From an uncultured Planctomycetota bacterium (GTDB lineage Bacteria; Planctomycetota; Planctomycetia; Pirellulales; Lacipirellulaceae), in the NCBI GenBank assembly GCA_963719315.1, contig CAVRBU010000002.1, positions 1,280,001 through 1,344,000 on the forward strand: a stretch of 64,000 bases of DNA. Reading direction: 5' to 3'. Within the stretch, counting starts at the first letter, position 1. Every line of letters starts with the position of its first letter. The notes under the pieces were generated by a model. The model had not been told where the DNA came from. It saw only the letters and a program-made list of their open reading frames with translations, and made no database searches. Positions 54,560 to 64,000 of the stretch are shown here, one piece after another. Made by a program: the position numbers and the translations under genes.

Positions 54560-56763
54560 TCATTGGAGCAGCCATTTCGCAGCGGCCGACTCCTTTTCGG
54601 ATTCCGCGCCGCTGTAATACGACGGCTCTCCGCTGTGACCGATGATCTGATTCACCGCCACGATTTCAGGAGCGGTCGCATCTTCCGTCAGCCACAAACG
54701 GTGAGGCGCGCAAGCGCAATGAGGCCGAGCAGATCGAGGTACTTCGCGCCGCCCGGAAGGAACTGAGGATCGCGAAAGTCGAGCAACTTCGCGAAGCGAA
54801 AGCCGTGCGTATCGGCTACGGCGGAATCAATTGCATCGCCAGCGACCGCGCGGGCCGCGACGACGATCGGCCCCGCGCCGTCGAAGCCGGCAACTCCGAC
54901 CGACGACGGGCTCGGGTAAGAATCGATCTTGGCCGTTCGCAAAAACTTTACGATTGTCAGTACATCGTGTGCGCGTTGGGCGAACAACGAATCGTTATAG
55001 CCAAACGTGTATGCGGCACAATCGCGCGAGTTGGCTACAACGCGCGTCCGTTTGATCGGCTGGCCATCCTTGAGGAATTCTCCCTGATAGAGCAGGTCGA
55101 CGCCTACGACCGCTGCCCCGGCGTTGGCCAACTCCTGCACGGCCGGCGTCAACGAACCATCGGATGCATGAAGCGACGACTTTCCCGCATCGTCCAGCCA
55201 CACGATCACGCGCCCATTCCACTTCTTCGGATACAGCCAAGCGACCGGCAACTCTTCGCCATACGTAATGTTCCGCAGGAGGCCCGCGATTTCCAAGTAG
55301 TCGCCGCGATCCTGCTTGTCGGTCGACTTCCACTCAACGTCGCCTGCCGCGGCATACGTTCGGCCGATGAGAATCTCCGCGGCGTCGCCGACCGTTTTGC
55401 GGAAGCTTTCAGGTGTCTCCGCCAGCGATTGCAGTTGTTGTGCCGCATCATCGGCGAACCACTTCAATAGTTTGCGCTCGAAATCCGCGTCGTTCGCTTT
55501 CGGCGCCGGATGGTCCTTGTCCCACACCGTGAGGTCGTCGCGCCACAGCGGATCGTAATCTTGCTCGATGACGGGGTCGCGAGCTCCCAGCTTGAAATGG
55601 CGATTGAGCCACGTGTAGAACGCCGACCGCGACACGGCGTTGTAATTGTGCGGGAATTGCTCGCCACGGGACAGCATGATTTCAGTCGGGGCGCCGAGCA
55701 ACTTGTACAACTGCTGTAACTCGGGGAAGCCTTTGCTCGATAATTCCTTCGTCCAATCGTCGGCGCATGTCAGCCCTTGCGGCTTGGGGCCAAACAGGGC
55801 GGCGAACTCGACATTGCCCGTGTTCACACGTAGCAGCGACGCATTTTCGCAGGTGCAACCTCCCTGCATCGCAGTGCTGACCATTACGGCCGGGAACGAC
55901 AGCTTCAACCGCGGGTCGATCGCGGCGAGGATCATGGTCTGCGTGCCGCCGCCGCTGGCACCGGTGATCGCCACCCGCTTCGGGTCGACTTCGAGGAGGC
56001 TCAGCAGGAAATCGAGCGAGCGGATCGAATTCCAACTTTGCAGACCCATCACACTTTGCAAGTGCGCCTCGGCCTGCGGGCTGTACAATCCCCAATTCTC
56101 AGTCGTGTTCATCTCGGGCCGCTGTTTCGCGAACCCGTGGATCAAATCACGCGAGAATTGAATCGAGTCGGAATCGCTCAGCATGTCCCACTGCCAAACG
56201 ACGCAACCCATTCGCGCAAGCTGGACGCACATTGATTGAAACCGGCTCCGTCCGCCCTGCTCGAACCGCTCTTGACCAGTGGCAATTTCGCGGCGCAGGA
56301 CATCCGGCTTTTCGTCGTAAAAGCGAGCGTCTTTCCAATGGCCGTGGGCGAACATCACGCCCGGCACTTTTCCGTGCACGTTTTTGGGGCGATACAGATT
56401 GCCGGTCACGAAGAAGCCGGGCGCACTTTCGAAATAGACTTTCTCGACCGTGTACTCGGGCCGCTCGATTTTGCCATGAATCACGACATTCAGCGGCGTT
56501 TTGGTCGGCATGGGCCACAGGCCCTGCGACACGAGAATCCGCCGCCGGACGTATTCGGCCCGCGCGTCCCACTCGGCCTTCGACTTCGGCGGCGTGAATG
56601 GGAAGTAGCCGTTCAGGTCCTTGAGCGGCTCGAGCCGCACGTCATGCGGGAGCTCACCTAACGGCAAGACCCGCAGTTGCGCATCCGCAGAGACCATCGT
56701 TGCCCAAAAAGCCACGACGGCAAGAAAAGACTTGCTGCGGCGCACGAATCGATGGACGAACAT
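54560..56763 (-). CDS. Secreted two-domain alpha/beta hydrolase (acetylxylan esterase-like; apparent frameshift ~54710)
   Basis: YTVEKVYFES.PGFFVTGNLYRP; nucleophile motif ITGASGGGTQT. The shifted frame continues APHRLWLTE...AKWLLQ* to 54560. Confidence 0.85.
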
Positions 56764-56991
56764 GATGTTTCCTCGAACCCCTCGCTCGTCTCTGTTCCCA
56801 ACACGCCTGCATAAGCCGACGGCCGCTTACGACCATTCTAGCCATCTTCATTCTAGAACAATAGCAAACAAACGCGAATCAAATGAGATAGAGGAGCTGG
56901 CCAACGACCGGTTTAGAATGCTCGTTCTTTTCCATCTGCGAATATCTGCGCCATCTGCGGACAATCAAAAACTCTCGATTATGCTACTCCC

Positions 56992-57792
56992 CTACGCCCG
57001 CGACGCCCCGCACGACGGACGACGAGATTCGGCTCGGATTCGCCGCCATTCCTTGAAAACCAATCGGGGATACACAATCGCATCGCGCACATAGCGACGC
57101 GCGAGCCGTTTGGGATTCGACGCAACGCGGTACAACCATTCCAACCGCAATCGTTGGAGCCACACAGGCGCTCGTTGTTGGACGCCCGCCAGGAAGTCGA
57201 TCGTCGCGCCAGCCGCAATGGCAACGCGAGTATCAAGTTTCGCCGCGTTTTGTCCGAGCCAAATCTCCTGCTTCGGAGCTCCTAGCCCGACGATTAACAA
57301 GTGTGGCGAAGCAGCGTTGATCGCTTCAATGATTCGCCGCGTCTCGCCTTCTTCGCGTTCGAAGCCGATGGGCGGACTGGCGACGCCGCAGACTCGCACA
57401 TGCGGCCAACGCGCCTGGATTCGACGGGCGGCAACTTCCGCTACTCCAGGCGCCGCCCCCAGCAGAAACACTCCAAATCCCGGGATCGCATCGCCGGCCG
57501 CGAGCAATCCAGGCACGAGATCCGAGCCGGCCACGCGCTCCGGCAGCGGCTCCCCCAGCCACCGCGACGCCGCCACCAGCGGCCAACCATCGGCGACGAC
57601 GAGCGCAGCATCGCGATACGCCGCCTGCATCGACGGATCGGATTGCAACAACACAACGTGATCCACATTCGGAGTCACCACATACTGGCAGCCCGCGCAC
57701 TCGTTCATCCATTGCACGAGCAAGGCGACGGATTCGCGCATCGTCACGCGGTGGAGCGAAATGCCAAACAGATTGACTGCCTCGGGCTGCAT
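56992..57792 (-). CDS. WecB/TagA/CpsF family glycosyltransferase
   Basis: VVTPNVDH, VADGWP, ERVAGSDL, VGLGAPKQE and RAPVW..LEWLYR. Confidence 0.93.
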   Translation of the reverse strand: MQPEAVNLFGISLHRVTMRESVALLVQWMNECAGCQYVVTPNVDHVVLLQSDPSMQAAYRDAALVVADGWPLVAASRWLGEPLPERVAGSDLVPGLLAAGDAIPGFGVFLLGAAPGVAEVAARRIQARWPHVRVCGVASPPIGFEREEGETRRIIEAINAASPHLLIVGLGAPKQEIWLGQNAAKLDTRVAIAAGATIDFLAGVQQRAPVWLQRLRLEWLYRVASNPKRLARRYVRDAIVYPRLVFKEWRRIRAESRRPSCGASRA

Positions 57793-58501
57793 TGCGGACT
57801 GATTCTGTTTCCAACGCGGCAGTGGTGTCAACGAGAGTCCGGTCGTAGCGACTCGCCGGCCCACTTCTCGCTCAATTATCCGTAAGGCGCGACAGGCGAA
57901 CCGCCAGTCACTACTACTCTTCCCCCGCCATCGGCGGACCCCTCGTCAATGATCACACTTCTAAGCGACAGCACTACAAAAATAGTGCGTCGGCTAGGCA
58001 TCTCAACAAAAAAAGTCCCAGAAAATTTGTTATATCCGCCCAATTCCGGCGTTCATCCTGCGAAAACTGCTGCTAAATATCTCGCGAATCTGATCCACAA
58101 ATTGAACTATAAGTCATTTGTCCGCAAACACTTCCGTTGCCTTGTCAATGTTTCATAGACCTGCTGCATTACTTGCGATCCCTGTTCCGTCGGGTTCCAA
58201 TAAAAAAGTTTGGCAAAACCCTAGAGAAGTCATTGTAAGTGATGAATCGATGGCTATATTGCATCCTATGGGTTATCCAACTTGGGGGGATCTCGCGCTC
58301 GTTTTTGCGGACCGAGCACGTAACCAAGCGGATCGAGTGGGCGGGAATCGAGCTTCGTCAAGGATCGGTCTTGGCGAGAGGATTTAGTTGCAGGGAACAG
58401 GATTGAACTTGCGATTCGCAACGATCGCGTGTGTTGATTGACGATTAGCAATCACCATTCGTTTTGAATTCATTGATTTTGCATTCATGGAGAGGCCAGG
58501 C

Positions 58502-58885
58502 ATGAAAAAGGACAACGGCAACGAATCTCTCACTGCGGACGATGCGCACGTCGAAGGCGCCGCGCCCGCAACTCAACCAGCGCCGCAGCAGCAGCGCATC
58601 GAAGTCACTGATAAGAACGTCGTCTGTCTGTACGCGAACTTCTGTCGCGTCACGGGCACGCCCGAAGAACTTATTTTGGACTTCGGCCTCAACGCGCAGC
58701 CGTTCGGCGTGCCGCACGACCCCGTTGAGGTTAAACAACGCATCGTGACGAACTACTTCACCGCCAAGCGCATGCTGCAAGCGCTGATGATGTCGGTGCA
58801 GCGTCACGAACAAGCCTTCGGTGTCCTGGAGACCGACGTGCAGAAGCGCGTCGTCAACCGAGCCCCCGCCCGCGCAAGCGGCTAA
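58502..58885 (+). CDS. DUF3467 domain protein
   Basis: YANFCRVTGTPEELILDFGLN..RIVTNYFTAKRM..HEQAFG.LE.DV. Confidence 0.88.
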   Translation: MKKDNGNESLTADDAHVEGAAPATQPAPQQQRIEVTDKNVVCLYANFCRVTGTPEELILDFGLNAQPFGVPHDPVEVKQRIVTNYFTAKRMLQALMMSVQRHEQAFGVLETDVQKRVVNRAPARASG

Positions 58886-59068
58886 CGCCTGCCGCGGCCG
58901 CCCACTTGATCGAGTGCGGCCGCATCCCTCCGCCGCTACTTGAAATCATTGTTTTGCACCTTTAGAAGTTCCACGCTCAAGTTTGGCTGATCGATTCTCG
59001 TTCACATTGGTTGCTAAGCTAGCACCGTCGTTCAGCCAAGAACACACACAACTTTTTGGTCAACCTAG

Positions 59069-60624
59069 CAGCCTGTTGAAGAAGTTGGTATTTGGTGATT
59101 TTAGGCAGCCAACGCGAGCGGTTGGTTGATGGTTGATTTTTGTCGGCCGGTCGGCGGCGTGGGCGTCAGCAGACGCTCCAGCGCGGCCAGGGTGTTAAAC
59201 AACACAACATGCAAGGCGTCGGCAAGCCCGCCGTTCCCTTGCAGGCTCCTGGCCGTGCCGATTCCGAACAAGTGGCGCAGGACGAGGCCCAGATTGCGTG
59301 CCATGGCCAACGTCAGGTATCGCTTTCTCACTTTCTCGATACCATGCAGCCACGTTCGCCGACTGCCGCCCGTCTCGCAGACGTGGGCGAAACTCCGCTC
59401 GACCTTCTCACTCCTCTCGCGCTGTAGAGCACGTCCTCGCTTTCCTTTGACCCGGCGGCGGTTGCCCGTCACCGCCCGACGCTCTTCGTCCGCTTTGTTT
59501 TTCCAATTGCGACGATGCGCGTGCTGTGGTTCGGCGATGTACGTTCGTAGACCCTCGGTGAATTCCAATTCGGCCAGCGTCTCGTTCCCCGAGTAGCCTT
59601 TGTCCGCCACCGTCTCCTCGATGTCCGCGTCGCTGTCGGCTTGAATCAAGTTGTCTTGCGCTTGGCTGAGGCTCGGGCCGATCGTGTCCACGTCGGCCGC
59701 GTTGGCGTGATAGATCTCGGCCGCCAGGATCAGCTCCGTGTCCAGATCGACGACGTGTTCGGCCTTGTAGGCCAGATGCGTGCGGCCGTCCTTCATCCGG
59801 GTGATCCGGCTGTCTGGGTCGGTTTCGCTCTGCCATTCTTGGTTCGAGACCTTTTTGTCCTTGCGCTGGCGATCGAACCGAGCAATCTCCTCGGCTGAGG
59901 GTTCGTCGCCCGGCTCGATCTGGCCTGCTTCCTGCATCAGACGCCGAACATACTCCTGCCAGTCCTCGCCCGTGTCGCGCCTGACGATGCTCTTCATGGC
60001 CGCGTCGGCCTCCAGGGTCGTGGCGTCGACGCCCACCGTCTTGCCGGCGAGCAGGCCTTGCTGCTCAGCCACCTCGAGCACGAAGCAGAATACTTGCCGA
60101 TGAACCGACAACGGCAGTCGGTCGCGGACCCGCGTCAGGCTCGAATGGTCAGGCGTCTCTTCGCCGAGCGGGACGCCCAGAAATTCTCGCAAGCTGAGAC
60201 TGTCGGCACACCGCCAGGCGATGCCCCGCTGCGAGCCGAGGCCCTCGAAGTAGCCCACCAACAGCATCCGGAAGTAGACGCCCGGCGGAATGCCGGGCCG
60301 CCCCATCGTTTCGTGGTAGTACGGCTCACAGAGCCTTTCGACGAACTCGTCGAAGCCGGCTGCTCGCAGCAATTGATTGAGCTTGCCGTAAAACACATGC
60401 CCTTCCGACCGCGGCAACTGGTCCACCGGGATCCAGAAGGACGACTGCTGCTCTTGGTTGCGGTGTCCCAACGCCATCCGTGATCTCCTCAATTCGGCTC
60501 TGCGGATGCCTGAGCAAAACAATAATCGCTCTTACACTGGCATCCACGCCAACCGCAGGCGACAATTTAGCGCCATGCCGTCGTTAGCGAAAGTCTATCC
60601 AAAGGAGACTTCTTCAACAGGCTG
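59069..60624 (-). mobile_element. 1556-bp IS, copy 3
   Basis: Same TIRs; CTAG direct repeat (59065-59068, 60625-60628). Confidence 0.95.
59101..60477 (-). CDS. Transposase (DUF772 + DDE domain)
   Basis: One S->L difference (YLTLAM vs YLTSAM) from copies 1 and 2. Confidence 0.93.
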   Translation of the reverse strand: MALGHRNQEQQSSFWIPVDQLPRSEGHVFYGKLNQLLRAAGFDEFVERLCEPYYHETMGRPGIPPGVYFRMLLVGYFEGLGSQRGIAWRCADSLSLREFLGVPLGEETPDHSSLTRVRDRLPLSVHRQVFCFVLEVAEQQGLLAGKTVGVDATTLEADAAMKSIVRRDTGEDWQEYVRRLMQEAGQIEPGDEPSAEEIARFDRQRKDKKVSNQEWQSETDPDSRITRMKDGRTHLAYKAEHVVDLDTELILAAEIYHANAADVDTIGPSLSQAQDNLIQADSDADIEETVADKGYSGNETLAELEFTEGLRTYIAEPQHAHRRNWKNKADEERRAVTGNRRRVKGKRGRALQRERSEKVERSFAHVCETGGSRRTWLHGIEKVRKRYLTLAMARNLGLVLRHLFGIGTARSLQGNGGLADALHVVLFNTLAALERLLTPTPPTGRQKSTINQPLALAA

Positions 60625-60658
60625 CTAGAGTAGTCCTCGTTTGGACAGGAAAAACGAC

Positions 60659-63600
60659 ATGGCACGTCAATCTCGCGGTCGCCTTCGTCTGGGTCGGATG
60701 TTCTCACCACGTAACCGCAGCGCCTCGGCCGTCGCCAGCGCCGAGGTCCACGAAAAACGCCGCAAGACGCGCGTGAAGAAGTGGCGCGAACGATTCAAGC
60801 GGTTCAGCCTCAGCGCGTGGCACGAGAGCGCGATCGTGCAGACCGTATGCGGATTATTCCGCGCCGGCGCGGATACCGCGCGCGCAGTGCGCGCCGCGAC
60901 GGGCTCACAAATCGTCGGCCCCAGCTACGGCCGGCAGTTGCGGATCGAAGGGTTGGAACAGCGGCAGATGCTGGCGGCAACCTCGTTAACGGGTTCGTAC
61001 TTTCAAGATTTCGACACGCTTGCTGTTAGTGGAACGTCGTCGACACTGCCAGCAGGCTGGGAATTCTCGGAAAGTGGTGGCTCCGCAAACACTTTGTACT
61101 CGGCAGGTACGGGAAGCAGCACAACTGGCGACACGTATAGTTTCGGCGCTGCTGCGAGCAGCGAACGGGCCTTGGGTGGCCTACAGAGCGGGTCGGTAAA
61201 CCCAACGATTGGCGCGTCTTTTACCAATGACACGGGCTCAACTATAACATCGCTTTCCATTTCGTACACTGGCGAGCAATGGCGGCTGGGAGCTTTAAGT
61301 CGGACTGATAAACTCGATTTTCAATACAGCACCGATGCTACGAGCTTGACGACAGGCACATGGACCGATTTCGATACGCTTGATTTTACTGGCCCCACGA
61401 CCACTGGATCCGTTGGCGCGCTGGACGGGAACGCAGCCGCGAATCGGACGGCGATCAGCGGAACAATTTCGTCACTTAGCATTACTTCGGGATCGACAGT
61501 CTATATCCGTTGGAACGATTTTAATCCAAGCGGATCAGACGACGGATTAGCGGTTGATGACTTTGCAATAGTAGCAGGACCAATATCCACGACCTATGTC
61601 GACGACACTTGGACTGGGTTTTCAAACGGACAAGTGATTGCCGACGCAGACTCGGTCACCTCGGGTAATCAGCCCGCGATTTTTGGCAAAAATGCATTTT
61701 CATCCATTCAAGCCGGCATCGACGGCGTTGCCGCTTCCGGCACGGTGATCGTCAACGCGGGCAGTTATGCCGAATCGCCGAATATCGGCGCTGGCAAGAC
61801 AGTCAAGATCGTCGGTGCCGTCGATCTCGGTGCCAACAACGTCTCGATTGATGGCACTTTGTTTGTCGACCAATTGCTAACGGCTGGAACGGTGCTCGCT
61901 ACCAACGGCGGCATACTGGGTGGCATCGGCACCATTACAGCCTCTTCGCTGGTCCGAATCAACAGCGGCGGCACGCTGGCCACCGGCGACAGCCCCGGCG
62001 AACTCACCGTCGAAGGCGACGTCCTGTTAAAAGCCGGCTCGACGTTCGCAGTCGATATCAACGGCACTGGAGCCGCCGATCACGATCGCCTCGTGGCTAA
62101 CAACGGTACGGTCACGATTGAATCTGGCGCCACGCTGTTGCCGACCGTCGGCTACGCGCCCGCCGCCGCCGATCTCATCAACCTCATCCACCACACAGGC
62201 ACCGGCAGCATTACGGGAGCCCTCACGTACTCCATCGCGTCCGGTTTTCGCCTGCAATCGAGTTCCGACGATGTGAACCTCGTTGAAAACAGCCCGCCGG
62301 TGTTTACGACCAGCGCTGCGCTGTCGATTCAGGAAAACCTCCTCGGCGTCACGTTGCTAGGTGCAACCGACGACGACATGGACACCCCGACGTTCTCAAT
62401 CACGGGCGGCGCCGATGCTGCGAAATTCGACATCACATCCGGCACTCAACTCGTATTCCTCACCGCGCCAGACTACGAAATCCCGGCCGACGCCGACACG
62501 GACAACGTGTATGAAGTGCAAGTCACCGCCGACGACGGTTTCGGCGGCGTTACGACACTGGACATCACGGTCACCGTGACGCCCGAGAGCGAATTCTCGC
62601 CGGTGGCCAATGCCGTTTCTGACGACGCGGACGAAGACGGCCCCGGCATATCGGTCTCGGCCGACTTCACCGACGGCGATGCTGGCGAAACTTACACGTT
62701 CGCCATTGACACGACCGGTACGATCGGCAGCGTCACCAACAACAACGACGGTACATTCACCTACGACCCGAACGGCCAATTCGACTATTTGCCCGACAGC
62801 ATCACCACGACCGACACATTCACCTACACCGTGAACGATGGAACGACGGACAGCAACTCGGCCACCGTTACGATCACGATTCACGGTGAGAACGACGCTC
62901 CCACGATCGGTGGCGACGTGAGCGGTGCGGTGACGGAAGACAGCGGCGCCGGCGAAATGGCCAGCGGCTCGCTTACGATCAGCGATCCCGACAATGGAGA
63001 ATCGAATTTCCAGGCGGACGCTGCCGCGACGACCTACGGCAGTTACACGCTCGCCGCGAATGGCGACTGGACCTATACGCTCGACAATAACAGTCCGGCC
63101 ATACAGTCCCTGGCCGCCGGACAACCTCTCGCTGACAGCTTTATGGCCGTCAGTGCTGACGGCACCAGCGTTCAAGTCGATATCACGATTACCGGCGTGA
63201 ATGATGCGGCCATGATCGGCGGCGACGTTGCAGGTGACGTGACGGAAGATGGCGTAACAATGGCGAGCGGCCTGAATACGGTTAGTGATGTAGACACAGG
63301 CCAAAACGTACTGCAATCGGTCCCCAGTACGCCGGCGACTTACGGCAGCTACTCCGTCGGACCGGGCGGCTGGTCGTACGCGCTCGACAACAACAATCCG
63401 GCCGTGCAGGCGCTCGACGCAATCAGCACTCCGCTGACCGATACGTTTACGATCACAAGCTTCGATGGCAGCGCGAGTGAGCTGGTGACGATCACCATTC
63501 ACGGCGCCGACGAGTCGCTAACCGTTGTCGTCGACGGTACCGACGGCGTTCCCGACACGCTCACTGTCGATTTCACTTTGGGTAAATACTATCTGAACGG

Positions 63601-64000
63601 TGTCGAGCAGGGAGATCTTGCGGGCCTCACGGATATCTACTTCAACGGTGGCGCCGGGGCCGGCTCCGACAAGCTCGAAATCATCGGCGGCGCGTTCGGC
63701 AATGTTACGTACAATTACGACAACACCAACGATGGCGATATCGAACTGGGCAACGGCCTTGTCGTGCATTACACGGGTCTGGAGCCGATCACCAACACCG
63801 GCACGGCCAGCGACGTCGTATTCAACCTCACCGGCCTGGCGGATGATGCCGTGCTGGAAGACGACGGACTCGGTGGCTTCCGCCTCCGCAGCGCGAACGG
63901 CACATTCGAAACGACCGATTTCGCGGCCCCTTCGAACAGCCTCACGATCATCGGCGGCGCGGGCGATACGCTCTTGGTTACCAAGTCTTTGTCGGTCGCG
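60659..64000 (+). CDS. Large secreted adhesin-like protein (planctomycete LEPRxLL leader, cadherin-like and VCBS repeats), 3' end outside window
   Basis: Not in the ORF track. ATG 60659 stays in frame at the points checked (62342, 63902). Contains LRIEGLEQRQMLA, ISYTGEQWRLG domain, FSITGGADAAKF..APDYE..D.DNVYEV (cadherin) and ITIHGENDAP..WTYTLDN (VCBS). Confidence 0.88.
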   Translation, partial: MARQSRGRLRLGRMFSPRNRSASAVASAEVHEKRRKTRVKKWRERFKRFSLSAWHESAIVQTVCGLFRAGADTARAVRAATGSQIVGPSYGRQLRIEGLEQRQMLAATSLTGSYFQDFDTLAVSGTSSTLPAGWEFSESGGSANTLYSAGTGSSTTGDTYSFGAAASSERALGGLQSGSVNPTIGASFTNDTGSTITSLSISYTGEQWRLGALSRTDKLDFQYSTDATSLTTGTWTDFDTLDFTGPTTTGSVGALDGNAAANRTAISGTISSLSITSGSTVYIRWNDFNPSGSDDGLAVDDFAIVAGPISTTYVDDTWTGFSNGQVIADADSVTSGNQPAIFGKNAFSSIQAGIDGVAASGTVIVNAGSYAESPNIGAGKTVKIVGAVDLGANNVSIDGTLFVDQLLTAGTVLATNGGILGGIGTITASSLVRINSGGTLATGDSPGELTVEGDVLLKAGSTFAVDINGTGAADHDRLVANNGTVTIESGATLLPTVGYAPAAADLINLIHHTGTGSITGALTYSIASGFRLQSSSDDVNLVENSPPVFTTSAALSIQENLLGVTLLGATDDDMDTPTFSITGGADAAKFDITSGTQLVFLTAPDYEIPADADTDNVYEVQVTADDGFGGVTTLDITVTVTPESEFSPVANAVSDDADEDGPGISVSADFTDGDAGETYTFAIDTTGTIGSVTNNNDGTFTYDPNGQFDYLPDSITTTDTFTYTVNDGTTDSNSATVTITIHGENDAPTIGGDVSGAVTEDSGAGEMASGSLTISDPDNGESNFQADAAATTYGSYTLAANGDWTYTLDNNSPAIQSLAAGQPLADSFMAVSADGTSVQVDITITGVNDAAMIGGDVAGDVTEDGVTMASGLNTVSDVDTGQNVLQSVPSTPATYGSYSVGPGGWSYALDNNNPAVQALDAISTPLTDTFTITSFDGSASELVTITIHGADESLTVVVDGTDGVPDTLTVDFTLGKYYLNGVEQGDLAGLTDIYFNGGAGAGSDKLEIIGGAFGNVTYNYDNTNDGDIELGNGLVVHYTGLEPITNTGTASDVVFNLTGLADDAVLEDDGLGGFRLRSANGTFETTDFAAPSNSLTIIGGAGDTLLVTKSLSVA

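Noticed and set aside
4869..56763. Programmed frameshifting or genuine pseudogenisation of eight genes
   Set aside because: No slippery heptamers seen, unrelated genes including sucA are affected, and the shared GCGC context points to sequencing error.

Overview
GC-rich bacterial window with a strong Planctomycetota (Pirellulales/Lacipirellulaceae-like) signature: ECF sigma + Ser/Thr kinase pair, many PEP-CTERM proteins, DUF1559, PVC-type haem-binding protein, DUF3467 and an LEPRxLL-type giant secreted protein. Left part: PaaK-like ligase, cation:proton antiporter, ECF/kinase followed by four PEP-CTERM genes, tadE/tadG/tadE, a DUF1559 module, two Gfo/Idh/MocA genes, sucAB and a creatininase-family gene. 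29.8-35.1 kb is an accessory island built around a REP-associated tyrosine transposase (RAYT/Y1). Short end motifs (GGGTCAGAAC/GTTCTGACCC and relatives) delimit small genes and gene fragments there, with tandem micro-duplications beside the motifs and two different IS inserted. Right part: MetE-like + NTP transferase, nagA/nagB, PVC haem/FG-GAP genes, MFS, a (DMDTG)14 PEP-CTERM protein, esterase, WecG/TagA, DUF3467 and a giant adhesin-like ORF. There are three near-identical 1556-bp IS copies. Best unexplained signals: (i) the RAYT motif-bounded cassette array; (ii) a twice-present ~480-bp non-coding element with a conserved promoter, hairpin and boxA-like sequence but no rRNA; (iii) a 29/31-bp identical motif linking the ECF/kinase locus to the PEP-CTERM operon; (iv) a conserved trailer downstream of PEP-CTERM genes. 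Eleven frameshifts in eight genes, ten of them at GCGC, look like sequencing errors. All calls come from reading the sequence by eye; no searches were run.
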